Of a stretch of DNA of 64,000 nt, positions 33,961 to 49,651 are shown piece by piece. The stretch is from Escherichia coli (lineage in GTDB: Bacteria > Pseudomonadota > Gammaproteobacteria > Enterobacterales > Enterobacteriaceae). A model generated the notes under the pieces. The model saw only the letters and a list, made by a program, of their open reading frames with translations, had not been told where the DNA came from and did no database searches. The number at the start of each line of letters is the position of its first letter. The stretch's first letter is position 1. The DNA is taken from assembly GCF_003019035.1 (NCBI RefSeq), contig NZ_CP027447.1. One strand, given 5' to 3'. The translations under genes and the position numbers were made by a program.

Positions 33961-34356
33961 TTATTGCATTCTGGCCAGGCCGCGCTCTGTCATTTCAGCT
34001 GCCACACCGGCAGAGACACGGAACGCCGTTCCCGGCAGCACAAATGCCACAGCCTCATCCCGCGTGGCGTGAAGTGCATCAGTATGCAGCGTCACCAGTG
34101 CCACAACCGTGACCAGATCAGCCGTATCAGTCACGGTATCCGGCTGCGCTGATACCACCTCATTTTCATGTCCGGTCAGCGCATTTTCCGGGCTGACAGA
34201 TGTGTCCTGACCAGCAGCGTCATCCGTGTCATCAAGCTCCTCTTCCAGCTCTGCCACACGGAGTGCCAGTTCTTCTTTCGTCCCCGTCAGGCTGACATCA
34301 CGGTTCAGTTGCTCACCCAGCACCTGAAGACGGGCAATCAGTTCATCTTTCGTCAT
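33961..34356 (-). CDS. FI: DNA packaging protein FI
   Basis: ORF 33961..34395; from MTKDELIARLQVLGEQLNRDVSLTG matches recalled lambda FI. Confidence 0.85.
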   Translation of the reverse strand: MTKDELIARLQVLGEQLNRDVSLTGTKEELALRVAELEEELDDTDDAAGQDTSVSPENALTGHENEVVSAQPDTVTDTADLVTVVALVTLHTDALHATRDEAVAFVLPGTAFRVSAGVAAEMTERGLARMQ

Positions 34357-34397
34357 GGACTCCTCCACAGAGAGAAAATGGCCCCGAAGGGCCATGA

Positions 34398-35423
34398 TTA
34401 CGCCAGTTGTACGGACACGAACGCATCAGGGTCAGCCAGCAGCATCAGCGGTGCTGACTGAATCATGGTGAACTCACGCGCCGGATCGCCGGTGGTCACC
34501 CAGTTTTTCGGGTAGCGGGCAGAGGCGTTAATACCTTCGCGCTGTGCGTCCGCATCCTGAATGCAGCCATAGGTGCGCAGACCGCGTGCCTGAGTGTTCC
34601 CCAGCACCATCGTGTTGTCCGGCAGGAAGTTCTTTTTGACGTCGTTTTCCACGTACTGTCCGGAATACACGACGATCGCCGTATCGCCATACATCCCCTT
34701 ATAGGACACCGCTTCGCCCAGGTCTTTTACCGCTGTCTCCAGCTCGGAATTAGAGCCGCGACGGGTATCCAGCTTCTCCTTGACGGCTTTGAAGGAACGG
34801 AACAGCGCCCAGCCTTTCGGATCAAACACGATGATATTCACCACACCGCTGGCGTTCAGCGCGTAGGCTTCGATATCGTCGGTCGGGTCATACGTGGACT
34901 TGTCACGCTTGCTCCACTCCGTACCGCCGGACTGCGTGATGTTGTTCGCCACACTGCGGCCCATATCCACTTCAACCGGATCGAAGGCTTCACCGGTCAT
35001 GGTATATTTGCCCTTAAGCACGGCAGAAACGGCCTGCATCTCTTCGACCTGAGCAATGGCCAGCTCTTCGTCTCGCATGTTCTGCAGGATGATGCGACGG
35101 CGGCGGTAAGCCGGGTCCGCCAGATTCTGTGGATCTTCATCCGGCAGGCGACGCAGGGTCATCTGCGGATTCACCTCATGCTTAGGCTTGACATATCCCG
35201 GTGTAAATTCAGAGGTGGAGCCGCCACGGGAGCGGATAACCTCACCGGAAACAATCGGCGAAACGTACAGCGCCATGTTTACCAGTCCCGGAATTTGTGA
35301 GAGATAGACTTTCTCCGTGGTGAAGGGATAGCTCTCACGGAAAAAGAGACGCAGAAACAGCGGATCAAACTTAAATTTCTTCTCATTTGCCGCCAGCAGC
35401 TGGGCGGTTGTGTACATCGACAT
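34398..35423 (-). CDS. E: Major capsid protein E
   Basis: ORF 34398..35450; from MSMYTTAQLLAANE matches recalled lambda E. Confidence 0.9.
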   Translation of the reverse strand: MSMYTTAQLLAANEKKFKFDPLFLRLFFRESYPFTTEKVYLSQIPGLVNMALYVSPIVSGEVIRSRGGSTSEFTPGYVKPKHEVNPQMTLRRLPDEDPQNLADPAYRRRRIILQNMRDEELAIAQVEEMQAVSAVLKGKYTMTGEAFDPVEVDMGRSVANNITQSGGTEWSKRDKSTYDPTDDIEAYALNASGVVNIIVFDPKGWALFRSFKAVKEKLDTRRGSNSELETAVKDLGEAVSYKGMYGDTAIVVYSGQYVENDVKKNFLPDNTMVLGNTQARGLRTYGCIQDADAQREGINASARYPKNWVTTGDPAREFTMIQSAPLMLLADPDAFVSVQLA

Positions 35424-35478
35424 AAAAAAATCCCGTAAAAAAAGCCGCACAGGCGGCCTTTAGTGATGAAGGGTAAGG

Positions 35479-35811
35479 TTAAACGATGCTGATTGCCGTT
35501 CCGGCAAACGCGGTCCGTTTTTTCGTCTCGTCGCTGGCAGCCTCCGGCCAGAGCACATCCTCATAACGGAACGTGCCGGACTTGTAGAACGTCAGCGTGG
35601 TGCTGGTCTGGTCAGCAGCAACCGTCAGAATGCCAACGGCAGCACCGTCGGTGGTGCCATCCCACACAACCAGCTTACGGGTGGAGGTGTCCAGCATCAG
35701 CGGGGTCATTGCAGGCGCTTTCGCACTCAATCCGCCGGGCGCGGTTGCGGTATGAGCCGGGTCACTGTTGCCCAGCGGCTGGTAATGGGTAAAGGTTTCT
35801 TTGCTCGTCAT
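35479..35811 (-). CDS. D: Head decoration protein D
   Basis: ORF 35479..35817; from [12 protein letters not shown] matches recalled lambda D. Confidence 0.9.
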   Translation of the reverse strand: MTSKETFTHYQPLGNSDPAHTATAPGGLSAKAPAMTPLMLDTSTRKLVVWDGTTDGAAVGILTVAADQTSTTLTFYKSGTFRYEDVLWPEAASDETKKRTAFAGTAISIV

Positions 35812-35820
35812 AAACATCCC

Positions 35821-37120
35821 TTACACTGGTGTGTTCAGCAAATCGTTAACGGCATCAGATGCCGGGTTACCTGCAGCCAGCGGTGCCGGTGCCCCCTGCA
35901 TCAGACGATCCAGCGCAGTGTCACTGCGCGCCTGTGCACTCTGTGGTGCTGCGGCCAGAATGCGGCGGGCCGTTTCCACGGTCATACCGGGGGTTTCTGC
36001 CAGCACGCGGGCCTGTTCTTCGCGTCCGTGAGCTTCCTCACAGTTGAGGATCCCCATAATGCGGCTGTTTTCTGCCGCAACCGCAGCGGTGATCTGCGCG
36101 TTCACGTCCGGCTGCGCCGCGCTGGCGTTTTCGCCCTCCGTCGCTTGCACCACGTCAGTAACATCAGCCTGCGAAGCAGTGGCTGAAACAGTTGTTGATT
36201 GAGTCTCTTTGGTCATTCGCCCTCCTGAGAGACGGGATTTACGTGCATCCAGTGCATCACGCATAACGGTGATCGCATCGGTGCTGTTGACAAGTTCATC
36301 AGCCAGTCCGGCATCAATGGCCTCCTGACCGCTGTACACTGCAGCCTCGGTATCCAGCACAGCCTGCACGGACAGGCCGGTATATGCCGACACCTTCTGC
36401 GCAAACATCCGGCGGGTTGCGTCCATCCGGGACTGCAGTGTCTCCCGGACGTCATCCGGAAGATGGCTGTAGGGGTTGCCATCCACCTTATGGCTGCCGC
36501 TGTAAATCAGCGTGATTTCCACACCCTGTTTCTCCAGCGCAGCACCGTAATTACTGTGAGCCATCATGACGCCGATGGAGCCTGTCCGGGCGGTCTGCGT
36601 GACCAGACGCCGGGAGGCGGCACTGGCAAGCAACTGACCTGCACTGCAGTTCATGTCGTTGGCAAGCGCCCATACCGGTTTTATGTCACGCACACGGGCG
36701 ATGATGTCAGCGCAGTCAAATGCCCCCGCCACCATCCCGCCGGGCGTGTCCATATCGAGCAGAATGCCGTCCACCATCGGGTCGCTGGCAGCCTGTTGCA
36801 GACGGGCGATAATGCCGTTGTAACCGGTCATCCCCGAATACGGCTGCAGCGCTCGCGTCCGACTAACCAGCGTGCCGGACACCGGCAGCACGGCGATGCC
36901 GTTCATGACCTGATAACTGCGGGCCTGTCGTGGTCCGTCATCATCAACGGATAACGCCAGCGCCGCGGGTGCCTCTCCGGCAGTCAGGCTGTCGCCGGAT
37001 ACCGCATCCGTCAGGCGGCTGATCCCAAGCTGGCCTGCAAGCGCACAAAAGAAAACCCGCGCATAGGCGGGTTCAAGCATCAGCGGCTCATTAAAGGCCA
37101 TACTGGCAATATGCGGGAGA

Positions 37121-37140
<20 letters not shown>
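35821..37140 (-). CDS. C: Head maturation protease C (ClpP/S49-like) with nested in-frame scaffold protein Nu3
   Basis: ORF track extends to 37275, but GTG at 37140 preceded by aggagaag gives VTAELRNLPHIASMAFNEP, matching the recalled lambda C start. Confidence 0.85.
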
Positions 37141-40821
<3,681 letters not shown>

Positions 40822-40847
<26 letters not shown>

Positions 40848-41367
40848 TCAGCAACCCCGGTATCAGTTCATCCAGCGCGGCTGCTTTGTTCATGGCTTTG
40901 ATGATATCCCGTTTCAGGAAATCAACATGTCGGTTTTCCAGTTCCGGAAAACGCCGCTGCACCGACAGGGGAATCCCGTCGAGAATACTGGCAATTTCAC
41001 CTGCGATCCGCGACAACACGAAAGTACAGAATGCGGTTTCCACCACTTCAGCGGAGTCTCTGGCATTCTTCAGTTCCTGTGCGTCGGCCTGCGCACGCGT
41101 AAGTCGATGGCGTTCGTACTCAATAGTCCCTGGCTGGAGATCTGCCTCGCTGGCCTGCCGCAGTTCTTCAACCTCCCGGCGCAGCTTTTCGTTCTCAATT
41201 TCAGCATCCCTTTCGGCATACCATTTTATAACGGCGGCAGAGTCATAAAGCACCTCATTACCCTTGCCACCGCCTCGCAGAACGGGCATTCCCTGTTCCT
41301 GCCAGTTCTGAATGGTACGGATACTCGCACCGAAAATGTCAGCCAGCTGCTTTTTGTTGACTTCCAT
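40822..41367 (-). CDS. Nu1: Terminase small subunit Nu1
   Basis: 181 aa; matches recalled lambda Nu1. Confidence 0.9.
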
Positions 41368-41369
41368 TG

Positions 41370-41600
41370 CTCATTCCACGGACAAAAACAGAGAAAGGAA
41401 ACGACAGAGGCCAAAAAGCTCGCTTTCAGCACCTGTCGTTTCCTTTCTTTTCAGGGGGTATTTTAAATAAAAACATTAAGTTACGACGAAGAAGAACGGA
41501 AACACCTTAAACCGGAAAATTTTCATAAATAGCGAAAACCCGCGAGGTCGCCGCCCCGTAACCTGTCGGATCACCGGAAAGGACCCGTAAAGTGATAATG
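41370..41600. other. Lambda-type cos region (cosB, cosN at 41545-41556, cosQ)
   Basis: Plus strand carries aggtcgccgccc (reverse complement of the lambda 12-nt cohesive end GGGCGGCGACCT) flanked by sequence I recognise as the joined lambda left and right ends. Confidence 0.85.
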
Positions 41601-41755
41601 ATTATCATCTACATATCACAACGTGCGTGGAGGCCATCAAACCACGTCAAATAATCAATTATGACGCAGGTATCGTATTAATTGATCTGCATCAACTTAA
41701 CGTAAAAACAACTTCAGACAATACAAATCAGCGACACTGAATACGGGGCAACCTC

Positions 41756-41989
41756 ATGTCAACGAAGAACAGAACCCGCAGAACAACAACCCGCAACATC
41801 CGCTTTCCTAACCAAATGATTGAACAAATTAACATCGCTCTTGAGCAAAAAGGGTCCGGGAATTTCTCAGCCTGGGTCATTGAAGCCTGCCGCCGGAGAC
41901 TGTGCTCAGAAAAAAGAGTTTCTTCTGAAGCAAACAAAGAAAAGAGTGACATTACTGAATTGCTCAGAAAACAGGTCAGACCAGATTGA
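41756..41989 (+). CDS. Hypothetical ribbon-helix-helix (Arc/CopG-like) protein in the lambda right-end region
   Basis: 77 aa; TRNIRFPNQMIEQINIALEQKGSGNFSAWVIEACRRRL fits the RHH beta-strand/helix pattern. Confidence 0.5.
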   Translation: MSTKNRTRRTTTRNIRFPNQMIEQINIALEQKGSGNFSAWVIEACRRRLCSEKRVSSEANKEKSDITELLRKQVRPD

Positions 41990-42046
41990 AGCAATTTAGA
42001 TAATCGTGCAGACTACGCCCCCTCATATCACATGGAAGGTTTATCT

Positions 42047-42457
42047 ATGGATCAGGTAGTCATTTTTAAACAAATATTTGATAAAGTTCGAAACGATTTA
42101 AACTATCAATGGTTTTATTCTGAGCTAAAACGTCACAATGTCTCACATTACATTTACTATTTAGCCACAGAGAATGTTCATATTGTATTAAAAAATGATA
42201 ATACAGTGTTATTAAAGGGCCTAAAAAACATTGTGTCTGTCAAATTTTCAAAGGATAGGCATCTTATAGAAACGACCTCTAATAAGCTGAAATCCAGAGA
42301 GATCACATTTCAGGAATACAGAAGAAACCTTGCTAAAGCAGGAGTTTTTCGGTGGGTTACAAATATCCACGAACAAAAAAGATATTACTATACCTTTGAT
42401 AATTCATTACTATTTACTGAAAGCATCCAGAAAACTACACAGATCTTACCACGCTAA
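42047..42457 (+). CDS. ydfO: Prophage protein YdfO (DUF1398 family)
   Basis: ORF 42032..42457; from [27 protein letters not shown] matches recalled YdfO (136 aa). Confidence 0.7.
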
Positions 42458-42608
42458 ACCATAACGTCCGGCTTCTCTCACTCCTGAGCCGGACTGCATT
42501 GGTTTAATAAAAACCATCAACAATTGTGATTTAGATATTCGGAACCATTCAAATATAACAAAACCCCGTAAAAACGAGGTTTATGGATAAATTTTATTAT
42601 TGAATACA

Positions 42609-42782
42609 TCAGATTAAATTAATCTTGACATCATAGCTTTCAAGACCCGTCATTTTTTCCCGTGCGGTAAACTGAATACTGGTAACTTCTTTCCCGGTCT
42701 TTTTCTTAAGTTCAATAATTTTTTTTGTTATATATTCAGAAATATCTGCTTCTGCTTTTGTTTTTAAGTTTTCAATATTCAT
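42609..42782 (-). CDS. gnsB: GnsB-like small protein (Gns family)
   Basis: Hand-translated 57 aa: MNIENLKTKAEADISEYITKKIIELKKKTGKEVTSIQFTAREKMTGLESYDVKINLI; below the ORF-track cut-off. Confidence 0.7.
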   Translation of the reverse strand: MNIENLKTKAEADISEYITKKIIELKKKTGKEVTSIQFTAREKMTGLESYDVKINLI

Positions 42783-42953
42783 CATTTCCTCTTTTAGTCT
42801 GTTATGACTTTCCAGTTACACAGTAAGTCGATTATATGGTGCAAACGTGTAAAAGATAAGATGAAACATCGCAATAATCAACATACGATAGTCTAAATTT
42901 TACACAAACAGACAAAGAGAATTTTCCTGAATTATCAATGCAATAGCATCAAA

Positions 42954-43184
42954 TCAACTCAAGAGACTTATTGCTGCTTCCAGAATTTCTTCTGAAGTAA
43001 CATGTCGATCCGCGGCTACATAAATGACTTTATGATCTCCGGTCAGAGATGGAAACCCTGCGGCCATTACAGTAAGGTGTGTTTTTTCGCCATTTGGATA
43101 TTCACGCATGATGGTGTTAACTCCAGTCATCGCTGGCACTACCACTGCTGGTTCAGAGTTAAAAAAAACTATGATTTTTTTCAT
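42954..43184 (-). CDS. Hypothetical protein (ynfN-like position between gnsB and cspI)
   Basis: ORF 42954..43226; probable start MKKIIVFFNSEPAVVVPAMTG...; 76 aa; no recognisable motif. Confidence 0.4.
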   Translation of the reverse strand: MKKIIVFFNSEPAVVVPAMTGVNTIMREYPNGEKTHLTVMAAGFPSLTGDHKVIYVAADRHVTSEEILEAAISLLS

Positions 43185-43455
43185 GATGTTACCGTAGTAT
43201 GTGAGTATCCATCGAATAGACACCAAGCAAAAAAGCTCCCGAAGGAGCCTTCATTTTCACTTTTTTAAATCCAACGACAGACGGCTGGCATTTAAGTATT
43301 GTGAAATATTATCAAATGTAATCATCATTGATTTACAAAAGATACATTTTGCCCCGAAAGGATTCATGTCAGAAACATCAAAAGATGATGTTCTATACTG
43401 GGAACCATGACAACACGGGCATCTAAAGTGAATATGGTTTGTAATATTGTCTACC

Positions 43456-43668
43456 TCAAAGCGCCACTACATGAACAGCGGCAGGACCTTTAGGTCCGTT
43501 CTCAATACCAAATTCAACTTCCTGATTCTCAGTTAATGTTTTGAAATCGTTGCTCTGAATTGCTGAGAAATGGACAAACACATCTTTGCTGCCATCTTTC
43601 GGCGTGATGAAACCAAAACCTTTTTCAGGGTTAAACCATTTCACTAAACCAGTCATTTTGTTAGACAT
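43456..43668 (-). CDS. cspI: Cold shock protein CspI
   Basis: 70 aa CspA-family protein with RNP motifs KGFGFI and VFVHF; matches recalled CspI. Confidence 0.85.
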   Translation of the reverse strand: MSNKMTGLVKWFNPEKGFGFITPKDGSKDVFVHFSAIQSNDFKTLTENQEVEFGIENGPKGPAAVHVVAL

Positions 43669-44030
43669 AATTATTACCTTTTGAAGAAATTAGCCCTTGG
43701 GCAGAATGGTCCGAAAAAAAATATCAGAGAGAAAAACCAACAAGGAAATCTCAAGAGGTACAAATAATAAAATTATAACAATGACTGCTTCAGATAAATT
43801 TGTAACAAACCAGAACACCATTAACGCATGATTAACCACCCATAGCAAGGATTACTTTTGTAAAGAAAAACACAGCAATGAAAGAATAGCTTTATTTATT
43901 AATAAAACGTGTCATTCTGATTAAGACCTTTTATCTTACCCTTAAGATTTCAGGAATTTTGGCTCATGGAAGAGTCCTTTTTATTTAAATTTTACATTCC
44001 GCGATGTAAATGTTCCGATTTAATATTACC

Positions 44031-45054
<1,024 letters not shown>

Positions 45055-45058
<4 letters not shown>

Positions 45059-45366
45059 AGATATTTATGATGAGGACGCTCGTGCTTATTGGCAGGATTT
45101 TCAATCTTAAAGGAGTACTGATGCTGCAGATAAGACTCAACTTTTTCTGACAATTTTTCTGCTACTTCCAGGAAGACTTGCCGGACGCTCCTTCTGGCTG
45201 CTGCCTCATAAAACTCCAGCGCAGCTCCTTCAACACGGTCCATGGCGACATCCAGGTCAAAAATTTCACCGTCAAAGCGTTCTTTGTCCTGTAAGGCTAC
45301 AGTTACCGTAACTTTATTCTCAAAATTACGGACTCCTTTCACAACCAGTTCATAGTCTTGAGTCAT
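45055..45366 (-). CDS. ydfR: Prophage protein YdfR (DUF1327)
   Basis: 103 aa; matches recalled YdfR; sits between holin and endolysin genes. Confidence 0.8.
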
Positions 45367-45370
45367 TGGA

Positions 45371-45586
45371 TTACTCTCCTCTCGCAGCCTTACGCCTGTC
45401 TTCTTTAATCTTGAAATAAAGATTTGTCAGATACGTCAGCAGGCCAAAAACCAGGCTACCCAGCACACCGATTGCAGCCCACTGTGACGGAGTTACTTTA
45501 TCGAGTAACTGCAATGCCCAGAAACCAGCATTACCCGCCGATGTGCCATAGGCAACACCTGTTGTTAACTTATCCATTGATTTCAT
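45371..45586 (-). CDS. essQ: Pinholin (S21-like class II holin) EssQ
   Basis: ORF 45371..45661; from [28 protein letters not shown] the 71 aa protein resembles the phage 21 pinholin. Confidence 0.8.
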   Translation of the reverse strand: MKSMDKLTTGVAYGTSAGNAGFWALQLLDKVTPSQWAAIGVLGSLVFGLLTYLTNLYFKIKEDRRKAARGE

Positions 45587-45805
45587 ATCCTCACCCCGAT
45601 GTACACGGATGGTGCAATATGTTTGAAAAGATCGGAGTCTACGGGGTAGTTTTGACAGCACACGTTGTTCTCAACGGCGCTAAAAAAACATACACATTAA
45701 AAATGCGGGTAATTATTTTGAAAGAAAGTCATATATAAAATAATAATACGAGAAATGTTTTCATATTTAGTGTACTGTATACGGCCATTTATACAGGAAA
45801 AGCCT

Positions 45806-45976
45806 ATGTCAGAACGTAAAAACTCAAAATCACGCCGTAATTATCTCGTTAAATGTTCCTGCCCAAACTGCACCCAAGAGTCAGAACACAGTTTTTCAAG
45901 AGTACAAAAAGGTGCCCTTTTGATCTGCCCTCATTGCAACAAAGTATTCCAGACAAATCTTAAAGCTGTAGCCTGA
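45806..45976 (+). CDS. Hypothetical zinc-ribbon small protein
   Basis: ORF 45755..45976; probable start MSERKNSKSRRNYLVKCSCPNCTQESEHSFSRVQKGALLICPHCNKVF; CxCxxC...CxxC motif. Confidence 0.45.
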   Translation: MSERKNSKSRRNYLVKCSCPNCTQESEHSFSRVQKGALLICPHCNKVFQTNLKAVA

Positions 45977-46025
45977 TTGATTTTATTAGTAACAAGTATT
46001 TTTTATATTTTAATAATATATTTAA

Positions 46026-46052
46026 AGCAGATAATAAAAAACCCGCCTGAGC
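46026..46052 (-). terminator. Rho-independent terminator downstream of cspB
   Basis: Minus strand aacccgctcaggcgggtt hairpin followed by a T-run. Confidence 0.5.
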
Positions 46053-46339
46053 GGGTTTGAGATTGTGGTGCTTTTTGTGGGAGTCATCCACTTACGCACT
46101 TTGTTTTGCCATGCCAGCAGTTAGCTTCTGCTGTAAAACTATTCATGCAGCAAACCTGCACTTCACCACAATGGTTAGCATACTTTTCCTGATTAAGATT
46201 TTGCCAAATATGCTAGCCATTGTTTCATGTATTGGACCTCCTTACTTTTTATTAAAGAGATCCAATATTCACTACTCTGTCCGTATCTCTACTCAGGCAT
46301 CAGCCTTCTTCGTTATCGTATACAGACGAGCGATGAATT

Positions 46340-46555
46340 TTAATCAGTAATGATGACATTTGCTGCTGCAGGACCTTTAGCACCACTCTCTATAGAGAAG
46401 GTAACCTTTTGACCTTCAAATAAGGTTCGATAATTATCATTCTGAATCGCAGAAAAATGCACAAACACATCTTTACTACCATCAACAGGAGAAATAAAGC
46501 CGAAACCTTTATCAGCGTTAAACCATTTTACTAAACCAGTCATTTTATTTGACAT
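46340..46555 (-). CDS. cspB: Cold shock protein CspB
   Basis: 71 aa CspA-family protein; matches recalled CspB. Confidence 0.85.
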   Translation of the reverse strand: MSNKMTGLVKWFNADKGFGFISPVDGSKDVFVHFSAIQNDNYRTLFEGQKVTFSIESGAKGPAAANVIITD

Positions 46556-46855
46556 TCTACATTCCTTAACTTGAGCCTTTCGGCATAAATGGTTTGCATA
46601 ACAGAAACGACTTCGTACTTAATTGGAGAGACTCAAAGAAGGAATAAGTGAATAACACCTGAAATGAGAACTGCTTTAGTAAACTACTTCGTATATCGTC
46701 TGTTCTTCAAACCGACGCAATCATTAACGCATAGTTGAACATATGAAGCAATGTTTATTTTAGACATCCAGCCATCTTCAACCCCATCAAAAAACTATAG
46801 CTTTCTTCAGGAACGTGTGTATAGTGCGCCAAGTTATCAGTATTAAGGAATTTTT

Positions 46856-47068
46856 TTGTCCCGTAAAATGACAGGAATTGTCAAAACCTTTGACGGCAAA
46901 AGCGGCAAGGGTCTTATCACCCCATCCGATGGTCGTATCGATGTCCAGCTTCATGTTTCAGCGCTCAATCTCCGCGATGCAGAAGAAATTACCACCGGAT
47001 TACGCGTGGAATTTTGCCGGATAAATGGTCTGCGTGGCCCTTCAGCTGCCAATGTTTACCTTTCATGA
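46856..47068 (+). CDS. cspF: Cold shock-like protein CspF
   Basis: 70 aa; [27 protein letters not shown]...; the CspF/CspH type lacking the canonical RNP1 motif. Confidence 0.85.
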
Positions 47069-47362
47069 GCTATATTAAAGCTTTAATTTCAGGCCCCATC
47101 GGATCACACATGGAGAGTTTTTATGAATAACCCCGTCTGTCTTGATGACTGGTTGATTGGCTTTAAAAGCTTATGCTGTACTTTGGCCGTAATAGCTCTG
47201 CTAATAATATAATAAGCAGACTCATTGTGTTTAGGGACATTGTACTGGAAGAAAACATTTTAAACATCAGGCAAATAACCAAGTCACCAGCTAAATAATA
47301 AGTTAACAGACATGAGTCCCGGGATGAGATTCAACATTACCATTGCCCCATTTAAAGCACAA

Positions 47363-47489
47363 AACCCGCTCATCAGCGGGTTTTCTACTTTTTCTTAACG
47401 TCGGGTATACAAAGCCCATCGTTGAAAAAATTTTATCCATATTTTTTGAAAAATGCAAACATCATGTCGCCATCTTCAGCAAAAATCAT
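47363..47489 (-). promoter_or_regulatory. Candidate late promoter / qut / tR' terminator region downstream of Q
   Basis: Position analogous to lambda PR'-qut-tR'; minus-strand hairpin aaacccgctgatgagcggg with a T-run at about 47363-47392. Confidence 0.3.
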
Positions 47490-48242
47490 TTATCTCGTCA
47501 CCTTCCTCAATTGCGCTTCCGCGTATGCTTCTTCCTGCCAGCACTTTGTTACCAGTTTACCAATGACGTCCGCATACCCCTTATACCACTGATAATCGGT
47601 CAGGTCTGGTACCAGCTTCTGGACATGACGTCGTGCCAGCGTGGTCGGTAAACGACTAAACCGGTTTCCATTACAACGCCCACAAATCTTATATACCGGT
47701 ACGCCATGAAACCGGGTTCTTTTTTCATCCAGAACAATCCCTTTACCCTTACACCCTCTGCACGCTGTGCTGGCTTCGCCCTTACCATGGCAATGCTGAC
47801 ATAGTTCCTTCACCCATTCTTCCTTGATTACAGATTCCCCGCGTCTGTAGTGTTTCACCACTTCGCGCAATACATTATAAAATCCCGTACCTGAACAATG
47901 CTCACAGCGAGCCTTACTTGCCGCAGACCTGGAGTAATCAGCAAAGGCAAAACTCACGAGGTAAGGAATAATCTGTAACCGGATTTCTTCACTCAATTTG
48001 TTCAATGTCGGGTTATCCAGTGCCATCGCGTAATTTAGCAGGCCTTCAATCGCAAACTGAGGGTCCTGAACACCAACTTTTGCCAGAAATAAGGCCAACC
48101 CAAGTGGTGCTTTCGACTGCACCATCCCCTGCGCTGCCATTACATCCGTAATTGTTAAACAACCGGTGCCTGTCGCTGGAGCGTCATCGCTCAATTTTGG
48201 AGATTTTGGGGAGTAATATTTTGGTAAGGCTTCAAGGTTCAT
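47490..48242 (-). CDS. quuQ: Late gene antiterminator Q (QuuQ)
   Basis: ORF 47490..48272; from MNLEALPKYYSPKSPKLS the 250 aa protein matches recalled QuuQ; multiple CxxC zinc motifs. Confidence 0.85.
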   Translation of the reverse strand: MNLEALPKYYSPKSPKLSDDAPATGTGCLTITDVMAAQGMVQSKAPLGLALFLAKVGVQDPQFAIEGLLNYAMALDNPTLNKLSEEIRLQIIPYLVSFAFADYSRSAASKARCEHCSGTGFYNVLREVVKHYRRGESVIKEEWVKELCQHCHGKGEASTACRGCKGKGIVLDEKRTRFHGVPVYKICGRCNGNRFSRLPTTLARRHVQKLVPDLTDYQWYKGYADVIGKLVTKCWQEEAYAEAQLRKVTR

Positions 48243-48255
48243 GCTCGTTCTCCAC

Positions 48256-49344
48256 TTACGCCAGTACGCCAATTGTCAGCGCGCGATCGATAAAACGAAA
48301 TATCAGCTCCAGTTGGGAGCCATACTTATCTTCAAATGCCACTGTATCCGTATGCAGCTCGTTGTGATGCTTTCTGCACAAAGGCAACACAAAGAGATCA
48401 TGTGCTTTTGTTCCCATTCCGCCCTGCCCGTGACCAATCAGATGATGCGGATCGTCGGCTGGCATACCGCAGCAAGCACACGGCTGTGTCTTAACCCAAC
48501 GTGTGTATTTCTCCTTAACCCAGCGGCGACGTTTAGGCAGCTTCATGAAAGATTCCGGAGACTCTGGATCAACGGTGATGCTTACCACCGTCTTTTCCTG
48601 TGGTGATTTTTGTTGCTGGTGGGCGTAAGGCAACGGTGCAAGATTTTTTGTGCGTTGTTTCAATATGCTGGTGGCGGTCTGCTCTCCCGGTACGATGTCG
48701 CTTTCGCGGTACACCGAGCAGATTTTTTCCGCTGGTAATCCCAGCGAACGACGCGATACAGCCTCAGGTAGTGCATCCACCACCTGATTGCAGACCGCCC
48801 ACCAGGATAATTCAGCCAAAGATAATTCCCGCTCCTGCGTACCGCTTATTGCGTGACGGATGACGTCAATCACCCATGCTGTCAGATTTTGTTGAGCAAG
48901 CAGCTCCAGTGATTCCGATGTCTGGTCACGCAGTTGGTTGTCGCAGTGCCAGCACAACACCATTGCGCCGGTACCATAACGGTGAATGACTGTTTCAGTG
49001 TGATGGTAATCGCCATTAGGCCACTGGCAGGATGTAACATGACGTAATAGCCAGTCAGACAATGCGCCAACGCCGCCAGCAGCACGAATCACCCGTTCGT
49101 TACTAAAAAACGGCAGCAATGTTTTGTCTTCCGCCAGCGGCTGGCGAACGGCAGGAACGACTCCGGATGGCAGATTACGCATGCTTTTTGGTTCCGGTTC
49201 CACCAGCACTCGAGGATTATGAAATATCTGTATGGATTCACGGCCCGGCTTAAGGACCACCAGCCCAAGCTCAGGCACCAGAACAGGTCTAAGTAATACC
49301 CGCACGTTACCTCCAGATCCGTTGCTGGAAAGTGCGGGACGCAC
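48256..49344 (-). CDS. ydfU: Prophage protein YdfU (DUF968)
   Basis: 362 aa ORF; C-terminal CACCGMPADDPHHLIGHGQGGMGTKAHD cysteine/histidine cluster; start uncertain (overlaps the upstream 92 aa ORF). Confidence 0.7.
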   Translation of the reverse strand: MRPALSSNGSGGNVRVLLRPVLVPELGLVVLKPGRESIQIFHNPRVLVEPEPKSMRNLPSGVVPAVRQPLAEDKTLLPFFSNERVIRAAGGVGALSDWLLRHVTSCQWPNGDYHHTETVIHRYGTGAMVLCWHCDNQLRDQTSESLELLAQQNLTAWVIDVIRHAISGTQERELSLAELSWWAVCNQVVDALPEAVSRRSLGLPAEKICSVYRESDIVPGEQTATSILKQRTKNLAPLPYAHQQQKSPQEKTVVSITVDPESPESFMKLPKRRRWVKEKYTRWVKTQPCACCGMPADDPHHLIGHGQGGMGTKAHDLFVLPLCRKHHNELHTDTVAFEDKYGSQLELIFRFIDRALTIGVLA

Positions 49345-49585
49345 GTGGTGGGCGTTCGGAATAAGGCAGCCTGACAGAGATTATCCAGTGCCGATAGTCG
49401 AGACTGAGAGCTTTCTTAACCTCGAACCCGCGCCTGCGGTAAGAATGAATCAGCCATTCGGCCTGTTCTGCAGTGCATGGAGGGTGCTGGAACCATTCAG
49501 ACTTGAATGCGTGAGAATACCGCCCGTGCGTGCAGGCAAGAACGGGCGAATTATCAGAATTGTAATATTTTGCGTTGCGTGCCAT
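49307..49585 (-). CDS. Hypothetical protein overlapping the 5' end of ydfU
   Basis: 92 aa ORF in a different frame overlapping the first 13 codons of the ydfU ORF; could be a genuine small gene or the out-of-frame N-terminus of a longer DUF968 protein. Confidence 0.3.
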   Translation of the reverse strand: MARNAKYYNSDNSPVLACTHGRYSHAFKSEWFQHPPCTAEQAEWLIHSYRRRGFEVKKALSLDYRHWIISVRLPYSERPPRASRTFQQRIWR

Positions 49586-49651
49586 CGGTTTTCTCCGGTG
49601 GCACGGTGTTACTCAGCGGGAGTTCAGCCCCGCGCAAGATTGTAGATGAGT

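Noticed and set aside
46057-46350. 97 aa plus-strand ORF
   Set aside because: Antisense to cspB and its leader; no independent support.
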